43,775 nt of DNA from contig NC_068982.1 in the NCBI RefSeq assembly GCF_001194135.2, positions 151,953,631 through 151,997,405 of the forward strand, in the 5' to 3' direction. The position numbers and the translations under genes were made by a program. Below, one piece after another: positions 21,841 through 35,152 of this stretch. Position 1 is the first letter of the stretch, and each line of letters starts with the position of its first letter. The notes beneath the pieces were generated by a model. It searched no databases, had not been told where the DNA came from, and was given only the letters and a program-made list of their open reading frames with translations. The stretch is from Octopus bimaculoides. Lineage: Eukaryota.

Positions 21841-23439
21841 ATAGGAATCCAACCAAAGTTGTCTCTAATAACAAAAGACAAAATCACTATACATATAACA
21901 GAAATTTTATTGCATCTCAACCTTTTGTCTCTCACCACCAAACAAGATCAGCATGTAACAAAAACCCTAATTATTGCTTCAAATGCTAAGTCTCAATCTC
22001 TTCCAGTGAACACTCATCCTCAGCATAACAAAGACTGCATCACATAAACTGATCATCACTTCTAAACCAAAAAATCCGCCCATTGCTATTAACTCACTAC
22101 AAAGCTAAGATGAGAGCTACAATGAAAGCTCTTACACCTAGAATAGTGCTGCTGATACAAACACAGACATCTTAAACTGCATCTAAAAATGAGCTGCCAC
22201 TCATGTGATAGGCATGAAGTCAGTCAAAAACACACATCATTCTCTAGTCTGTCACATACTGTTCTCTCACTTTGTCTTTTCTGCTGTTATTACAATTGGT
22301 TCTATTCTTCTGAAGGGGCTGACCTTGGTATTATCTCCACTCAAGCACTTCCAGCCCTCATTTCTACCACTCTCATCACACATTTTGTGTCCATGCCAGC
22401 TTCATACTCATACTAACCTCAACAGCTAGTCTTTTCAACCTATAATGCCTGCACTCAGAAATTCCCTTCCTGCACAAGTTTTTCAAACAACCATCAGTTT
22501 GTAATTATTCAAGAGGAACATTAATTACATTAATCTCATTAGTCTGGGAGGGCCTTCTTCAAGAGCAAAGCAATAGTGAAGATTAAAATAAAGCATTATA
22601 TTCTACATTACCATCATCATCTAGCTATTTTGCAAAATCATTTACATCTCAATCCTGTTATCCTTCACCTTCTCCTTTTCATCAACAGCAGTAATATTCT
22701 CATCATCACCATCATCATCATTATTGTTGTCTTCTTTGCTACATTGCTGTTGTAGATATTATCGTCATTCTCATTGTTGTTGTAGTCTCCAGTCTTGCTC
22801 TCATCACTACTACTATTATTACTCTTGCTGCTAGCATTGTTATTTAGTTTATTATACTAATTAATACACTAATTGCAATCTCACAATCATTAGAATCATA
22901 TCACATACTAGCCACAATAATTGTTAAAAATACAAACATGCCTTCCAGGTATATAAGATCACAGCTATCAATTTGTCAAACACCCATGTATTTTCTGTTA
23001 TTCTTATACTATCATATTTTCTCTCCAACAAATATATTTTTCAAAAATTATATATTTTTCTTGGGTAATTAGCTTTGGGGTTTTCCTCTTGATCTTGTAA
23101 GGAGTCTGTTCAACAAATTTTAAGGATTCTAATTGATATGCATTGACTTGTATAACATTAATGATGCCTAAGAATTAATAAGCAAGCACATCATTATTGT
23201 AGAGTTGTGATTGGTATATAAATTAATTGGTGTACCATTACACTGCCACCATCACTACTACTGCCAATAAAAGAGAACCCATCCATATTTTGGCTTCGAC
23301 TTCTTATTGGAGTAGATTCTCTTTAACATCTTAGGAAAGAAACGCACAGCAAAATTTTCTGTACCTTCTATCCTGGAATTTTAAACTTCATGCTTCTAAC
23401 TTCAAGTGTAATCAGTGGATTAATAAATTCATTAACACG

Positions 23440-23880
23440 TCAGATAAAATGTTTTGCAGAATTTGTTCTGGTTGTAAACAGTCTAAATTCAAATTCTGTC
23501 AAAGTTGGTTTTGCCTTTCATCCTTGTGGGATGACAGAATAAAGCACAAATCAGGTACTAGGGATTAATATTAATCAAGTAACTGCTCTTCCCAAAATTT
23601 CAGAGTAGTGGATTGGCAGATTCAGGAAGATGTCAGAATAAAATGCTTTACAGTATTTCTGTTTTTACCTTTTTTTTTTTTTCCTTAACATTCTGAGTTG
23701 AAATCCTCCAGATGTCAACTTTACTTTTCGTCTCTCTTGGGTTAATAAAATAAATTATCATTCAAGTTCTAGAGGCAATGCAATTGCTTTACCTCCCCCC
23801 CCCCCCNNNNNNNNNNNNNNNNCCCACCACCACTCTCCAATACTGCTGGCTTTGTGTCCCAAAAATTGAAACTATTATTA
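23440..23880 (+). mobile_element. Two tandem degenerate tRNA-derived SINE copies (Deu/Nin-like central domain)
   Basis: B-box-like AATTCAAATTC / GAGTTGAAATCC followed by GCCTTTCATCC-type sequence; same family as 39168-39374. Confidence 0.6.
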
Positions 23881-23989
23881 TTATTTTCTAGTAGTCATTT
23901 TTTAAAAGTGTGCTTCTTCTACACTACTGAGTACAGATATGCCTTAGGTAGGTGTGGTGTTTTTTTAAATTTATTTTCTGCTAGATTGA

Positions 23990-24520
23990 AATTACTTTGA
24001 TACATGTGCATTGCCTAAAATACCCTTTTCTGTATATTTGTAAATTCTGTGGTTTTTGGTTATGTATTTGTGTGTTCAGTGTTTTAATCTGTTTCAAGGC
24101 ACCTATTATTATATAGATTATTTTAGTTTTCATTTGCACATTCTGGTTATCTCTATTTCCAGATTTGTACATGTGAGAGTGATATTTCACCTAGGAGGTC
24201 TCCTGCTGATCCTTAGCAACAATATCGAATTCTTTTGATTTCATCTTTTTTGACTGCATTGTATTCCAGAGATTTTCATCTGGTGCATATTTAAGCCACC
24301 TCTTTTCAGTTAGCATTTCATAATGTTGGTGCAGTTTACATTGTATGAAAACCCAAACTTGTTTTACCTGTAGATGTATTTTCACTTATCTAAGACTGGG
24401 TGGCCATGTTGGTAGTTGAGTGGTGATACTTCCAAGTGCACCAATTACTATTTGTATCACATCTACTCTCTTCATTGACCACAACTTTCGTATTTCCCAC
24501 TTCAGATCATCATAGTTGTT
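23990..24520 (-). mobile_element. Two abutting R4/Dong-type LINE endonuclease-domain fragments
   Basis: YDDLKWEIRKLWSMKRVDVIQIVIGALGS (about 24370-24520) and ..FDIVAKDQQE..MKTKIIYIIIGAL (about 23990-24350). Confidence 0.7.
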
Positions 24521-24546
24521 TATATATTTATTTATTTATCTATTTA

Positions 24547-24547
<1 letters not shown>

Positions 24548-24618
<71 letters not shown>
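24548..24618. repeat. (TTA)n microsatellite
   Basis: Pure tract. Confidence 0.98.
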
Positions 24619-25089
24619 TAAATCAATCCATTGTTATTATGAAAATTGCTCTATGACTTTCCTTTAGCCAGAAAGGGCAGGTAGTTTTCTTCAGTCTAGT
24701 GGATGGCTGTGTTGAAAGAGATTGTATGGTTGATGTGATTGAAAGGGCTAAAGACAAACACATTTCCATTAGGTCAAGCCTTAATCAATTTTTTTGAAGC
24801 ACTATTTATAGAGGAGAATGAGGGTGGAGAGAAAGGGGCCGATTTCCAGTAGAATGATCAAAAGACAGGTGAAGGTAGTGACATGGCACAAATGAGTGGG
24901 TCTACTCTCAGCATGTATCTGCAGATTGGGGAATGACTGATAAGGAATGACATTTTACTCTTGGTAGTCAAAGGAAACTGATATTTGTAGAGATCTATAT
25001 TAGCCCATAGTGGCCTCCTCTATGAACACTATAGAATTTTGTACATGTACACTTTCACTTTCTTTTTCAACATAAATCACTACCATTTT

Positions 25090-25790
25090 TATAAACTGTT
25101 GATATTATATGTTTGACTCTCATGGCTGCCACATTTCAGCAATCTCATTTCTCAGGTCTCCATATTTATCAACCTTTTCTCTTTCTTTCATGATGATATG
25201 TTGATCTTCTGGCACTGCCACATCAATTATTAGGCACTCTTATTTGTCCCTCCTAAAGGTTACTATATCCGGCCTTCGGTGCTCTAACACCTTGTCTGTC
25301 TGGAAATCAAAGTCCCAGAAGATTTTTGCCTTCCCCTTTTTGTCCATTACCTTTTCTGGTGTATGGTGGTACCAAGCACCCATAACCTCATATCCATACT
25401 TACAGCATAGTAGCCAGTGGAGGCTTTGGGTTACCATGTCATGTCTATGCTTGTACTCTTTCTGTGCAAGACTTTCACAAGAACTAACAATGTGAGTCAT
25501 GAATTCAACCTTCTTTCCACACATTCTGCAGAGGTCCTTCACACTTGTGTGGTATATATTCTTTTTCACTGAGTTGGTATTCAATGCCTGGTCTTGGGCA
25601 GCGATGATTAAGGCTTTCAGTATTTTTTTTTAAGTCAACCTTGTTGAGCCACCTCCATGATGCCTCCTGGTCTTTTAATTTGTTGGTTTTGTGATGGAAT
25701 TGACTATGTAATTCCATGCAGTGTAAGGTTTCTTCTCTTGGACAATGGTGTTTGTCCATCCCATTATGCTTTCTGTTGAACTACAGATAA
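25090..25790 (-). mobile_element. R4/Dong-type LINE fragment: CCHC knuckle, RHD motif, PD-(D/E)xK nuclease
   Basis: CRMCGKKVEFMTHIVSSC..KHRHD..IFWDFDFQTDKVLEHRRPDIV..*ECLIIDVAVPEDQ..EREKVDKYGDLRNEI, with one premature stop at 25240-25242. Confidence 0.9.
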
Positions 25791-25849
25791 TGATTAGTGT
25801 GGAGAATATTTTGTACCTTCAATGTAAGAATTTGTCTGCTCTTCATATC

Positions 25850-26200
25850 TGTTCTAACTTTCTATAGAAGACTTTCTCAATAATTTTTGCTGATCTTAAT
25901 AAACATATTTCTGCATTGTACCTACTGCCAGATTAAGATCAAGTTTTCCAAGTTTGCTCTCATATCCATTTTCACTGTTTCCAAGACCCTGATGATATTT
26001 AAGAGAGTCATGACCTTGTTAACTTCTCTAGCGCTTAATCATTTCATACTTCAAGTGAGCATAAAACTCAACTTTTTCTTTCCTTTTTACTCTTGTATCA
26101 AAGTAGCCACATTGCTTATAATACAATTTCTTCTTATCACCAACTGGCACATAGTCTCTTCTTATCAATGATTATGCAGCAGCTTTATGTGAATTTGTAT
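25850..26200 (-). mobile_element. C-terminal end of another R4-type LINE copy
   Basis: CCIIID..VPVGDK..KEKVEFY..LKYE..LGKLDLNLAVGTMQK, broken by frameshifts. Confidence 0.55.
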
Positions 26201-26769
26201 TGCACCATGATATGAACCTCAGTATTTATGTGCAATATCGCTTTGGGGCTGTTGAATTTATTTTTATGCTGAATCAGTCTATGTGTCATAGGCTTTGTTT
26301 TGTTGGTTATTTTTGATGCTATTTTAGTCTTTTGATGGCTGTGCAGAGCATTTGAAATTTGAATTTTGTTATTTTATTGGTTATTTTATTGTTATTTTTT
26401 TGTTATTTTATTTGTGTTTATATTTGATGTGTGCATTGTTCTATATTAATGACTGGCAGTTGTGTTGAATGTGAGTTGTGTGAGTTATAAGAGTTATAAT
26501 GTTGCATATTGCTTAATAAAAGTATGTATTATGTTCTTTAATTGGGCCTTTACTATGTAGGTTTATGCTGTATGTTATTTGGTAGTGATTTTGTAGAGCA
26601 TAGTTTGTGTGAGTTGTGTTATGTTATTGCTGATCTTGAATGGTAATTGTACAATGTTTACATGTGTAGTGCATAAATTGTTTGAGCTATGCAGTTGAAT
26701 TAAAAGTGTTTTGCATAGGTTGTGGGGTATGCATTACATGCATATCCCATGATTTTTTTCTCCTTTTAT

Positions 26770-27260
26770 TCATCATCCTCGTCATCATCATCATCATCAT
26801 TTAACGTCCATGTTCATGCTGGCATGGGTTGGACAGTTGACTGGTCTGGTACGCTGGAAGGCTGTGCCAGGATCCAGTCTGATTTGGCATTGTTTTCTAT
26901 AACTAGATGCCCTTTCTAATGCCAACCACTTCAAGAGCGTAATGGGTGCTTTTCCGTGCAACTGGCATAGGTGCCATTTTCATGACACCGGTATCTGCCA
27001 CAGCTGTGACTTTGTTCGCCTTGATGAGTTTTCTTCTCAAGCATGACATAATGCCAAAGGTCTTGGTCATTGCCTCCATGAGGCCCAACACACAAAATGA
27101 GCTTGGCTACTTTGCCTAATTGTGGCCCAATGCTCAAAAGGAACTCAGCCACCTTGCCTCCATGAGGCCCAACACTCGAAAGCAACTCAGCCACTTTGCC
27201 TCAATGAGGCCCAATGCTTGAAAGGTACTCAGTCAATTTGCCTCCATCAGTCCCAACATT
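26770..27260 (-). mobile_element. RTE-derived 3' fragment with five 42-bp tandem units at its 5' end
   Basis: (CAT)n tail on +; TGCCT anchors at 27071, 27113, 27155, 27197 and 27239. Confidence 0.8.
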
Positions 27261-27529
27261 CAAAGGTTGATTTTTTTTTTCCATATTTTTATTATGCTCA
27301 AATGACCTGATCATTGCTGACTCTGTTTTCCCTCTCATGTTCCATCTGCTCACTACAGTTTCAAGAACCTTGTACTTTAACAGTTTCTTCACCCACTTCT
27401 TGTGCATCAGTGGGGAAACATTTTCATTCCTGTCTTGGATCATTATATCTGAATATCATTGTTAATCACCACCACTTTTCGATTTACCTATAATTCAAGA
27501 CATCAGAAAGAAGTCATCAAGTGCAACTG

Positions 27530-29114
<1,585 letters not shown>

Positions 29115-29734
29115 TGTGCTGTGTATCTTTAAGCACTAATCTAGAACAATAAAAGGAAACACAATCTAATGGGATTCAAACCTCATAAGTAATGTAGATC
29201 ACTATAGCAACAATTTCACCATAGAACACCTGCATATCTCACTTTCTCTCTTTGTCTCAGTCTCTCTCTCTCTCTCTCTCTCTCCCTCTCCCTCTCCCTC
29301 TCTTAAAATAAGCTTTAAATGTTTTAATGGTACAAACCATCAGTTAGACCACCTCAAATATCGCAGCAGGATTGCAGTTAATTTGTGATTCACTCCACCC
29401 CAGCTATTATATAGACTGTTATACTATTATCTTACCTTAACCCTAAGAGATAAGCTATTCTACAACTGTCCAGCATAATGTTTTATCATACTTTGATCCG
29501 ATATCTATGATGAGAATTAACCTCAAGAATATGTATATTTTTAAGTAATGGCTAATATTTTAAATATAACAAATATAAAATATTGTAAGCAGTAATCCAA
29601 GATAGGAAAAGAATGCCCTTCTGATGGGCTTAGTATTTCACAGCTATCTAATTCTAGTTGATAAGAGCTTATAATATCTTACAATAAATATATACACACA
29701 CACACACAATATATATATATATATATATATATAT

Positions 29735-30030
29735 AGTTCAAAAAACAATAATAAAAAAACAAAAAAACAACAAAGTGAGGACGTGATATGGATAGTATTA
29801 TTGGACGCTCAGGAAAGGAAAGAGAGAGTGTATGACGTTTCGGGCGTAGCCCTTCGTCGGAAAGATGGAAAGTTCGGAGAATGGAAGAACGGAGAAAGAG
29901 GAAAATGGTACCGATGCCCACGAGGTTACATGATGAAAACACCGGAAGAGGAGGTGGTGGGGGAAAAGTTCTTTCTAAGATAGGAGAGTGAAAAAGGGAG
30001 ATGAATCTGTGCGTTTGCGAAAGTCTGCGA
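29735..30030 (-). mobile_element. Penelope pLTR-like non-autonomous repeat carrying a hammerhead motif
   Basis: CpG-retaining block related to 19420-19610. Confidence 0.55.
29831..29864 (-). ncRNA. Minimal hammerhead ribozyme motif (U4C core; stem I poorly paired)
   Basis: Minus strand CUUU-CCGACGA-A-GGGC UAC GCCC-GAAA-CGUC-AUA. Confidence 0.55.
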
Positions 30031-30210
30031 GTGTGTGTGTNNNNNNNNNNNNNNNNNNNNNNNNNNNNNNNNNNNNNNNNNNNNNNNNNNNNNNNNNNNN
30101 NNNNNNNNNNNNNNNNNNNNNNNNNNNNNNNNNNNNNNNNNNNNNNNNNNNNNNNNNNNNNNNNNNNNNNNNNNNNNNNNNNNNNNNNNNNNNNNNNNNN
30201 NNNNNNNNNN

Positions 30211-30250
<40 letters not shown>

Positions 30251-30261
30251 CAAAAAAATTC

Positions 30262-31005
30262 AGTGTATAAGGAGAATAATACATCGACCCATTTTTTATA
30301 TTAATTATATATTATCATCATTATTTAACATCCGTTGTCCATGCTGGCATGGGTTAGACAGTTTGATTGGGCTGGCATGCTTGAATGCTGCACTAGATTA
30401 CAGTCTAATTTCTATGGTTTCCTATGGCTGGATGCCCTTCTTAACATCAACCACTCCAAGAGTGTAATGGGTGCTTTTACATGCCACCAGCACAGGTGCC
30501 AATTTGTATGACACTAGTATCTGCCACAACTGCAATTTTGCTCAACTTGATGGGTCTTCTTCTCAAGCACAACATAATGCCAAAGATCTCAGTCATTGCC
30601 TTCATGAGGCCCAACACTCAAAAAGAACTCAGCCACTTTGCCTCCGTGAGGTCCAATGCTAGATATACAGTATATTTATTTTAAATCTGTCTAACATATG
30701 TTTCTGCTGCATGGATATCTTGAAATGTGGTTTTCATTTGCAACCAGTTTGTTCATCTGGCTAAAAGTCTATGCACCTTCATTCAAGATGCTGCACACTG
30801 CTGCTGCAGTTTGAAGTTAGTATGCAATACCTTGAATGCAGCTACATAGATTTTTAACCTGATGAGCAAACCAGATGCAAAAGAAAAGCACATTGCAAGA
30901 TATCCATGCAGAAGAAATATATGCTGGACAGATTTAAATTGATTATACTGTATAATTGACTGTAATAATAAAAAATGTGAAGATATATTATTCTCTTTAT
31001 ACACT
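30262..31005. mobile_element. Fold-back MITE with long inverted arms; the left arm is interrupted by an RTE fragment
   Basis: 30664-30798 matches the reverse complement of 30820-30954 at 111/135 without gaps (hand count). The outer arm 30262-about 30310 matches the reverse complement of about 30955-31005. Confidence 0.85.
30311..30663 (-). mobile_element. RTE-derived 3' fragment with two 42-bp units
   Basis: Same 3' sequence as 26770-27260; TGCCT anchors at 30597 and 30639. Confidence 0.8.
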
Positions 31006-31749
31006 CTGTACTATTTATTATCCAAGAAATCTTTGGATGAAATAGCCATTAAGATTGTTTAACTTGAATAGTCCTAGGTTGTTCCTTGCCATTCGATGTG
31101 GTTAGCCATGACTTGGATTATAACAGAGTGCTTAAATGGTACCATCCTAGATATAAATCCTTATATATTCACTACATACATACATACATACATACATACA
31201 TACATACATACATACATACATTCATTCATTCTTACATCTCACAACTGAAGCAGCATTAAATTAAAATTATCATTTATGTATCATACATATATCATATGTG
31301 TATCCATAATGACAGGCAAGATACTGCAGTTTATATTCAAGATAAAATCTCTTATAGATTTGGTGCTAAAAACAATATATATAGGAGGAAGACAAAACTT
31401 TGTCCCAGTAATGGCTAGCAAGAATGCTGGAAACATTTTGACTCTCTTGCTTACATGTACCTATAGTTACATATCTAGACAAAATTTGTCATCTTTGATA
31501 TATAAGAAACAGAAAGCCAAAATGTATCTGGCATTCTCACTAGCCACTACTGGGATCATTTTTGTCTCTCTCTGACAAATGTGTTAACACAGAATGTCTA
31601 AAAGAGATTTTATCATGGGCAAAACTATCATATCTTGTATGTGTATATACATTAAGCATGTTACATAGCTGGCTATTATATATATTTGGATTTAGGGGAT
31701 CTTAAGATATATAATTGTGTCTCTTTGCATAATTCATAACATATTTATT

Positions 31750-32180
31750 ATTATGGGAATTATTTCTATTCCAAATGTCATATTCTGTATTTATCTATTT
31801 CTAGATATTTATATTTAGATAAATTCTCCATTTCTTCTAAAGATACGTGTTTGCCCACTGGGATTGATATATCTATCAAGAGATATTTCTTGTTCTGGGC
31901 TCTTGAATAATAAAAATCAAGATGACTGCCTTTATTATTTTCTGTCAGTAACAACTGACCTCTTCTCATTGATTACATTGTCATATTTTCTCAGAATCAT
32001 CATGGTGTGCATTTATAGTATTTTCTCTATTGGGATTCTTGGTAATAATAGAATATTTCAGTGTATGAAGTTTGCAATTCTATCATTAAAAAAATATATA
32101 CTGTTTTGTCTGAGACTGGGAATCCAGAGAAAAATATGATTATCAGCTTCTCCAGCTTCCACCCAGTTACTATATTCTAC
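31750..32180 (-). mobile_element. Degenerate R4/Dong-type LINE fragment
   Basis: HIFSGFPV..NDRIA..KKYLLIDISIPVGKHVSLEEMENLSKYKYLEI. Confidence 0.75.
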
Positions 32181-32619
32181 TTCATTGAGTAACATTAATA
32201 GCTTCAGATAAAAAGATATTGTTTTAGTTCAATGAATATTTACTAACTCAATCCAGCTCTGAGCCAAGGAATTTTCAGTTAGGATTGAATTCTTTCTTGA
32301 TTTATATCTGCTCTCTTCATCTTTTTCTGAGTAATTATCATGGAGTGACTTTTCATGCTATGACATTTTAAAATATCATGATACAGGTGTTTTTATTAAT
32401 GTTTATTTTTTCTTGTAAATTTTTTCTATTTCTATAGCTCTTTGCTTCAGTTTTTTTTTAATTAAAATGGCTGACCTCCTTGGGTGTAGGATTTTTTTAT
32501 GTTACTTAGATATTTAATTTAAACCCTGCTCTGCATTTAATATTTTTGTATTTCTGTTTCAAAATTAACTAAAACTCCCTGTGTCATCATCATATTTATG
32601 TCTGCTTTTTCATACTAAT

Positions 32620-32930
32620 AATGGTTGGACAGATTACTTTTAACACAGCATCTCTCCACTTGTCTCAGTCCTTTGTCACCTTGAATTCTGCCTTCATCAT
32701 TTTCTTCAGTTACACTTCTTCGGTCTTCCTTTTTTACAGACATTTTCACTTAGCAACATTTGACACTTTTTTTTTTTTACCCAACTATCACTGCATGCAT
32801 GTCACATCATGGACTCCTCTCTCGAATAGTGCAGTGAGTATTTCTGATGTCCAGTTTCCTCTTAGCACATTCATGCATACTGACATTACACAGCCAGTAG
32901 TCAATGATTTGTCATTTTTGTCATGTCTTT
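32620..32930 (-). mobile_element. Highly degenerate RTE C-terminal fragment
   Basis: Minus-strand ..RKTEEV..KVTKD*DKWRDAVLK resembles the RTE ORF end. Confidence 0.5.
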
Positions 32931-33426
32931 TCTATGATAGGATGTCTTTCCTTTTACCAACCATTTTATTGCATAAACCTGATGCATTTTATTGAGCAAC
33001 CAACAACAGAGAAGACATCTTCTACATTAAAATATTCTTTTTTTACTGTATCAGTTGTATAAATATGAGATATAGGATTTCAGTTAAAGCTTATAACAAT
33101 TATATATGCTTCAAAAATATTTATCCTTGCAACTAAAAACATATTTGGAACTAAACACCAAATGTTTTAGTATCAAGTCCAGAATGGTGACTCTATTATA
33201 TATATTTTTAATTTTATAGATCTGTCTTCAGATAACTGTGTAAACTACTCCCTCACTTATTATTTTAACTCATTGACTTATCAAAACAAAATTTTGAATT
33301 TAGAGCAACACAAAATAGTTTTAAGAATTTTGTTAAATCTCTTTACATTCTGAGCTCAAATCTTGCCAGGAACATACATTGTGAAAATTTAGTCAAGTAT
33401 ACTCCCACCAAGGAAGGAATTTCAAC

Positions 33427-33746
33427 CATGTTTCGTGGTCTGCTACCACAACAGCTCCTTTATAGGATCCAGTTAGCTCAAGACATCATCAGGAGGAACC
33501 ACGTCCGGTTTTGGCCCCTACTCCTCTACCGTTTTGACGTGGCGGGGCCCCTCCTTTCGGAGGTGTCTTCAGCTCTGGTGTTGGGTGCATGTCTTCTTTC
33601 ACTGTTTGTGACTGTTCTAATTCAACTGTGGAATGTCCCTCACTATGGTTATTTTCCAGGAGGTTCTGGCCACACGTCTTATGGTTCATCAACCTGCGTT
33701 GTTGAATTACTTTCTTCTGACATACCTTCCCTTTATAGGATCCAGT
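33427..33746 (-). mobile_element. GC-richer block with 17-bp direct repeats and separated hammerhead-like half motifs
   Basis: CCTTTATAGGATCCAGT at 33457-33473 and 33730-33746. On the minus strand, CTGATGA (33492-33486) precedes GTGGT-agcag-ACCAC-GAAACATG (33449-33427). Confidence 0.35.
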
Positions 33747-34544
33747 ATATATATGGTTTTATGAGAATACTGAATGAAAGAATCAGAGGAGCTTAAAAAA
33801 AAGAGATCCCTTGACACTTTAAATTATTTCCCTGCATATTCTGAGTTCAAATTCTTGTAATTTTGAATCTGTTTTTCTTCTCTTGATAGGTTTACAATAT
33901 AATTACTAGTTAAATCATGAGATGACTCAGTTGACTACATTTCTATTAAAATGTGTGACCCTAGGGCACTTACCATACAGTGGTCAGTAATCTTGCATCT
34001 GTGGGGTTCCCTAATTGGCCTGAGTTGAAGTTATCAAGGAGAACTGTATCATTCTTGTATTTGTATACTATGTATGATTTGTTCATCTCATGCCCACCGC
34101 CACCACCATTTGATATTATGTAAGCCCCAACAAACTATGTAACCTGTCTTTGTAATGTTCTTTTCTTTTCATGTCCAGTTTACAACAGACCCCTAGTGGT
34201 AAGAATGGTGAGTCTGAATGAGCTACTCTGAGTATGCTTTTCTAAGAAAGAGGAAAGAAACTGGGAGAGCACACTTTAGATGCCTGGGAGATAACTGAGT
34301 AATCTAAGCCTTTTTGTGTGGGCTTCTCTCCAAGTTACCCAAGGTGAACTGTGCCACTATTGGGGAATTATTTTCTTGTTGAAATCTTTTTTAAATTTAA
34401 ATTTTTGTATTTTTGCTATATTTTGATTGTTGATTTTCTTCTGATTGATGTAAACCTCAACTTTTGTGCATTGTATTTCATCCTTCTATATTGGCTTCAA
34501 TGTCTTGAGTCTTTGTGGCTAATAATAGACAGTATTATAACAAT

Positions 34545-35000
34545 TATTATCATGTTGAACACCTGCTGTTGCATGTAGGAGAAATCCATCACTCAGGTGA
34601 GACCACTGTGAAGATTGCCCTGCCACCTTCCTTATGTAGGGAAGGACAGGCAGTTTTTATCTGTTTTGGTGGCCTTAGATGTTATGTAGCAGACCAGACT
34701 GAAAGAACTGAAGACAGATACCTTCTTCTTAGGCCAAGCCCTCATCAACTTTTTAAAATTTCTTTTGAAAAGGAAAGTAAGGTTGTATAGGGAAGTGCTA
34801 ACTTCCAGCAAATTAGTTGAGAGGTGGATAAGAGTGGTAAGGATGGGTTCTGTGGCCCTACTTGCTCTGAGCATGTGTCAGTACATGAGGGAAGAGGATA
34901 GCATGAGAGCACTTGCACTAGTAGTCATGGTGACCATGGTTTTGTGGGATGTCCAGAAGAAGAGCAGTTCCTGGAGGTTTCCCTGCTTTTTGGAAATTAA
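34545..35000 (+). mobile_element. L1/Tx1-type LINE, C-terminal fragment
   Basis: EHLLLHVGEI..KIALPPSLCREGQAVFICF..KRKVRLYREVLTSSKLVERWIRVVRM, homologous to the minus-strand copy at 4200-4860. Confidence 0.7.
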
Positions 35001-35052
35001 TTTTTTCTTTTTTTGCTTCTGTTATTTTATTGCTTACACACCATTTATTAGT

Positions 35053-35152
35053 GTTATTATTATTATTGTTGTTGTTGTTGTTATTAATATTAACAACAAC
35101 AACAGCAACAACAACTATAACAACAACAACAACAACAATAAAAAATAATAAT
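35053..35152. repeat. Head-to-head (TTA)(TTG)n / (AAC)n(AAT) microsatellite
   Basis: Opposed trinucleotide tracts meeting at ATTAATATTAA. Confidence 0.9.

Noticed and set aside
21605-21989. His-rich and Ile/Met-rich ORFs
   Set aside because: Translations of cryptic (ATC)n repeats, open on both strands, with no splice or domain support.
22631-22643. 13-nt complement of HCN exon 20751-20763 as a possible editing complementary sequence
   Set aside because: A rough estimate gives about one such match by chance in an AT-rich window of this size.
27071-27260. Regularly spaced repeats as a CRISPR-like array
   Set aside because: Whole 42-bp units repeat without unique spacers; eukaryotic LINE context and no cas genes.
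29679-30467. Long ORFs containing X runs (also 1391-1782 and 19558-19883)
   Set aside because: Open only because N gaps and dinucleotide repeats contain no stops.
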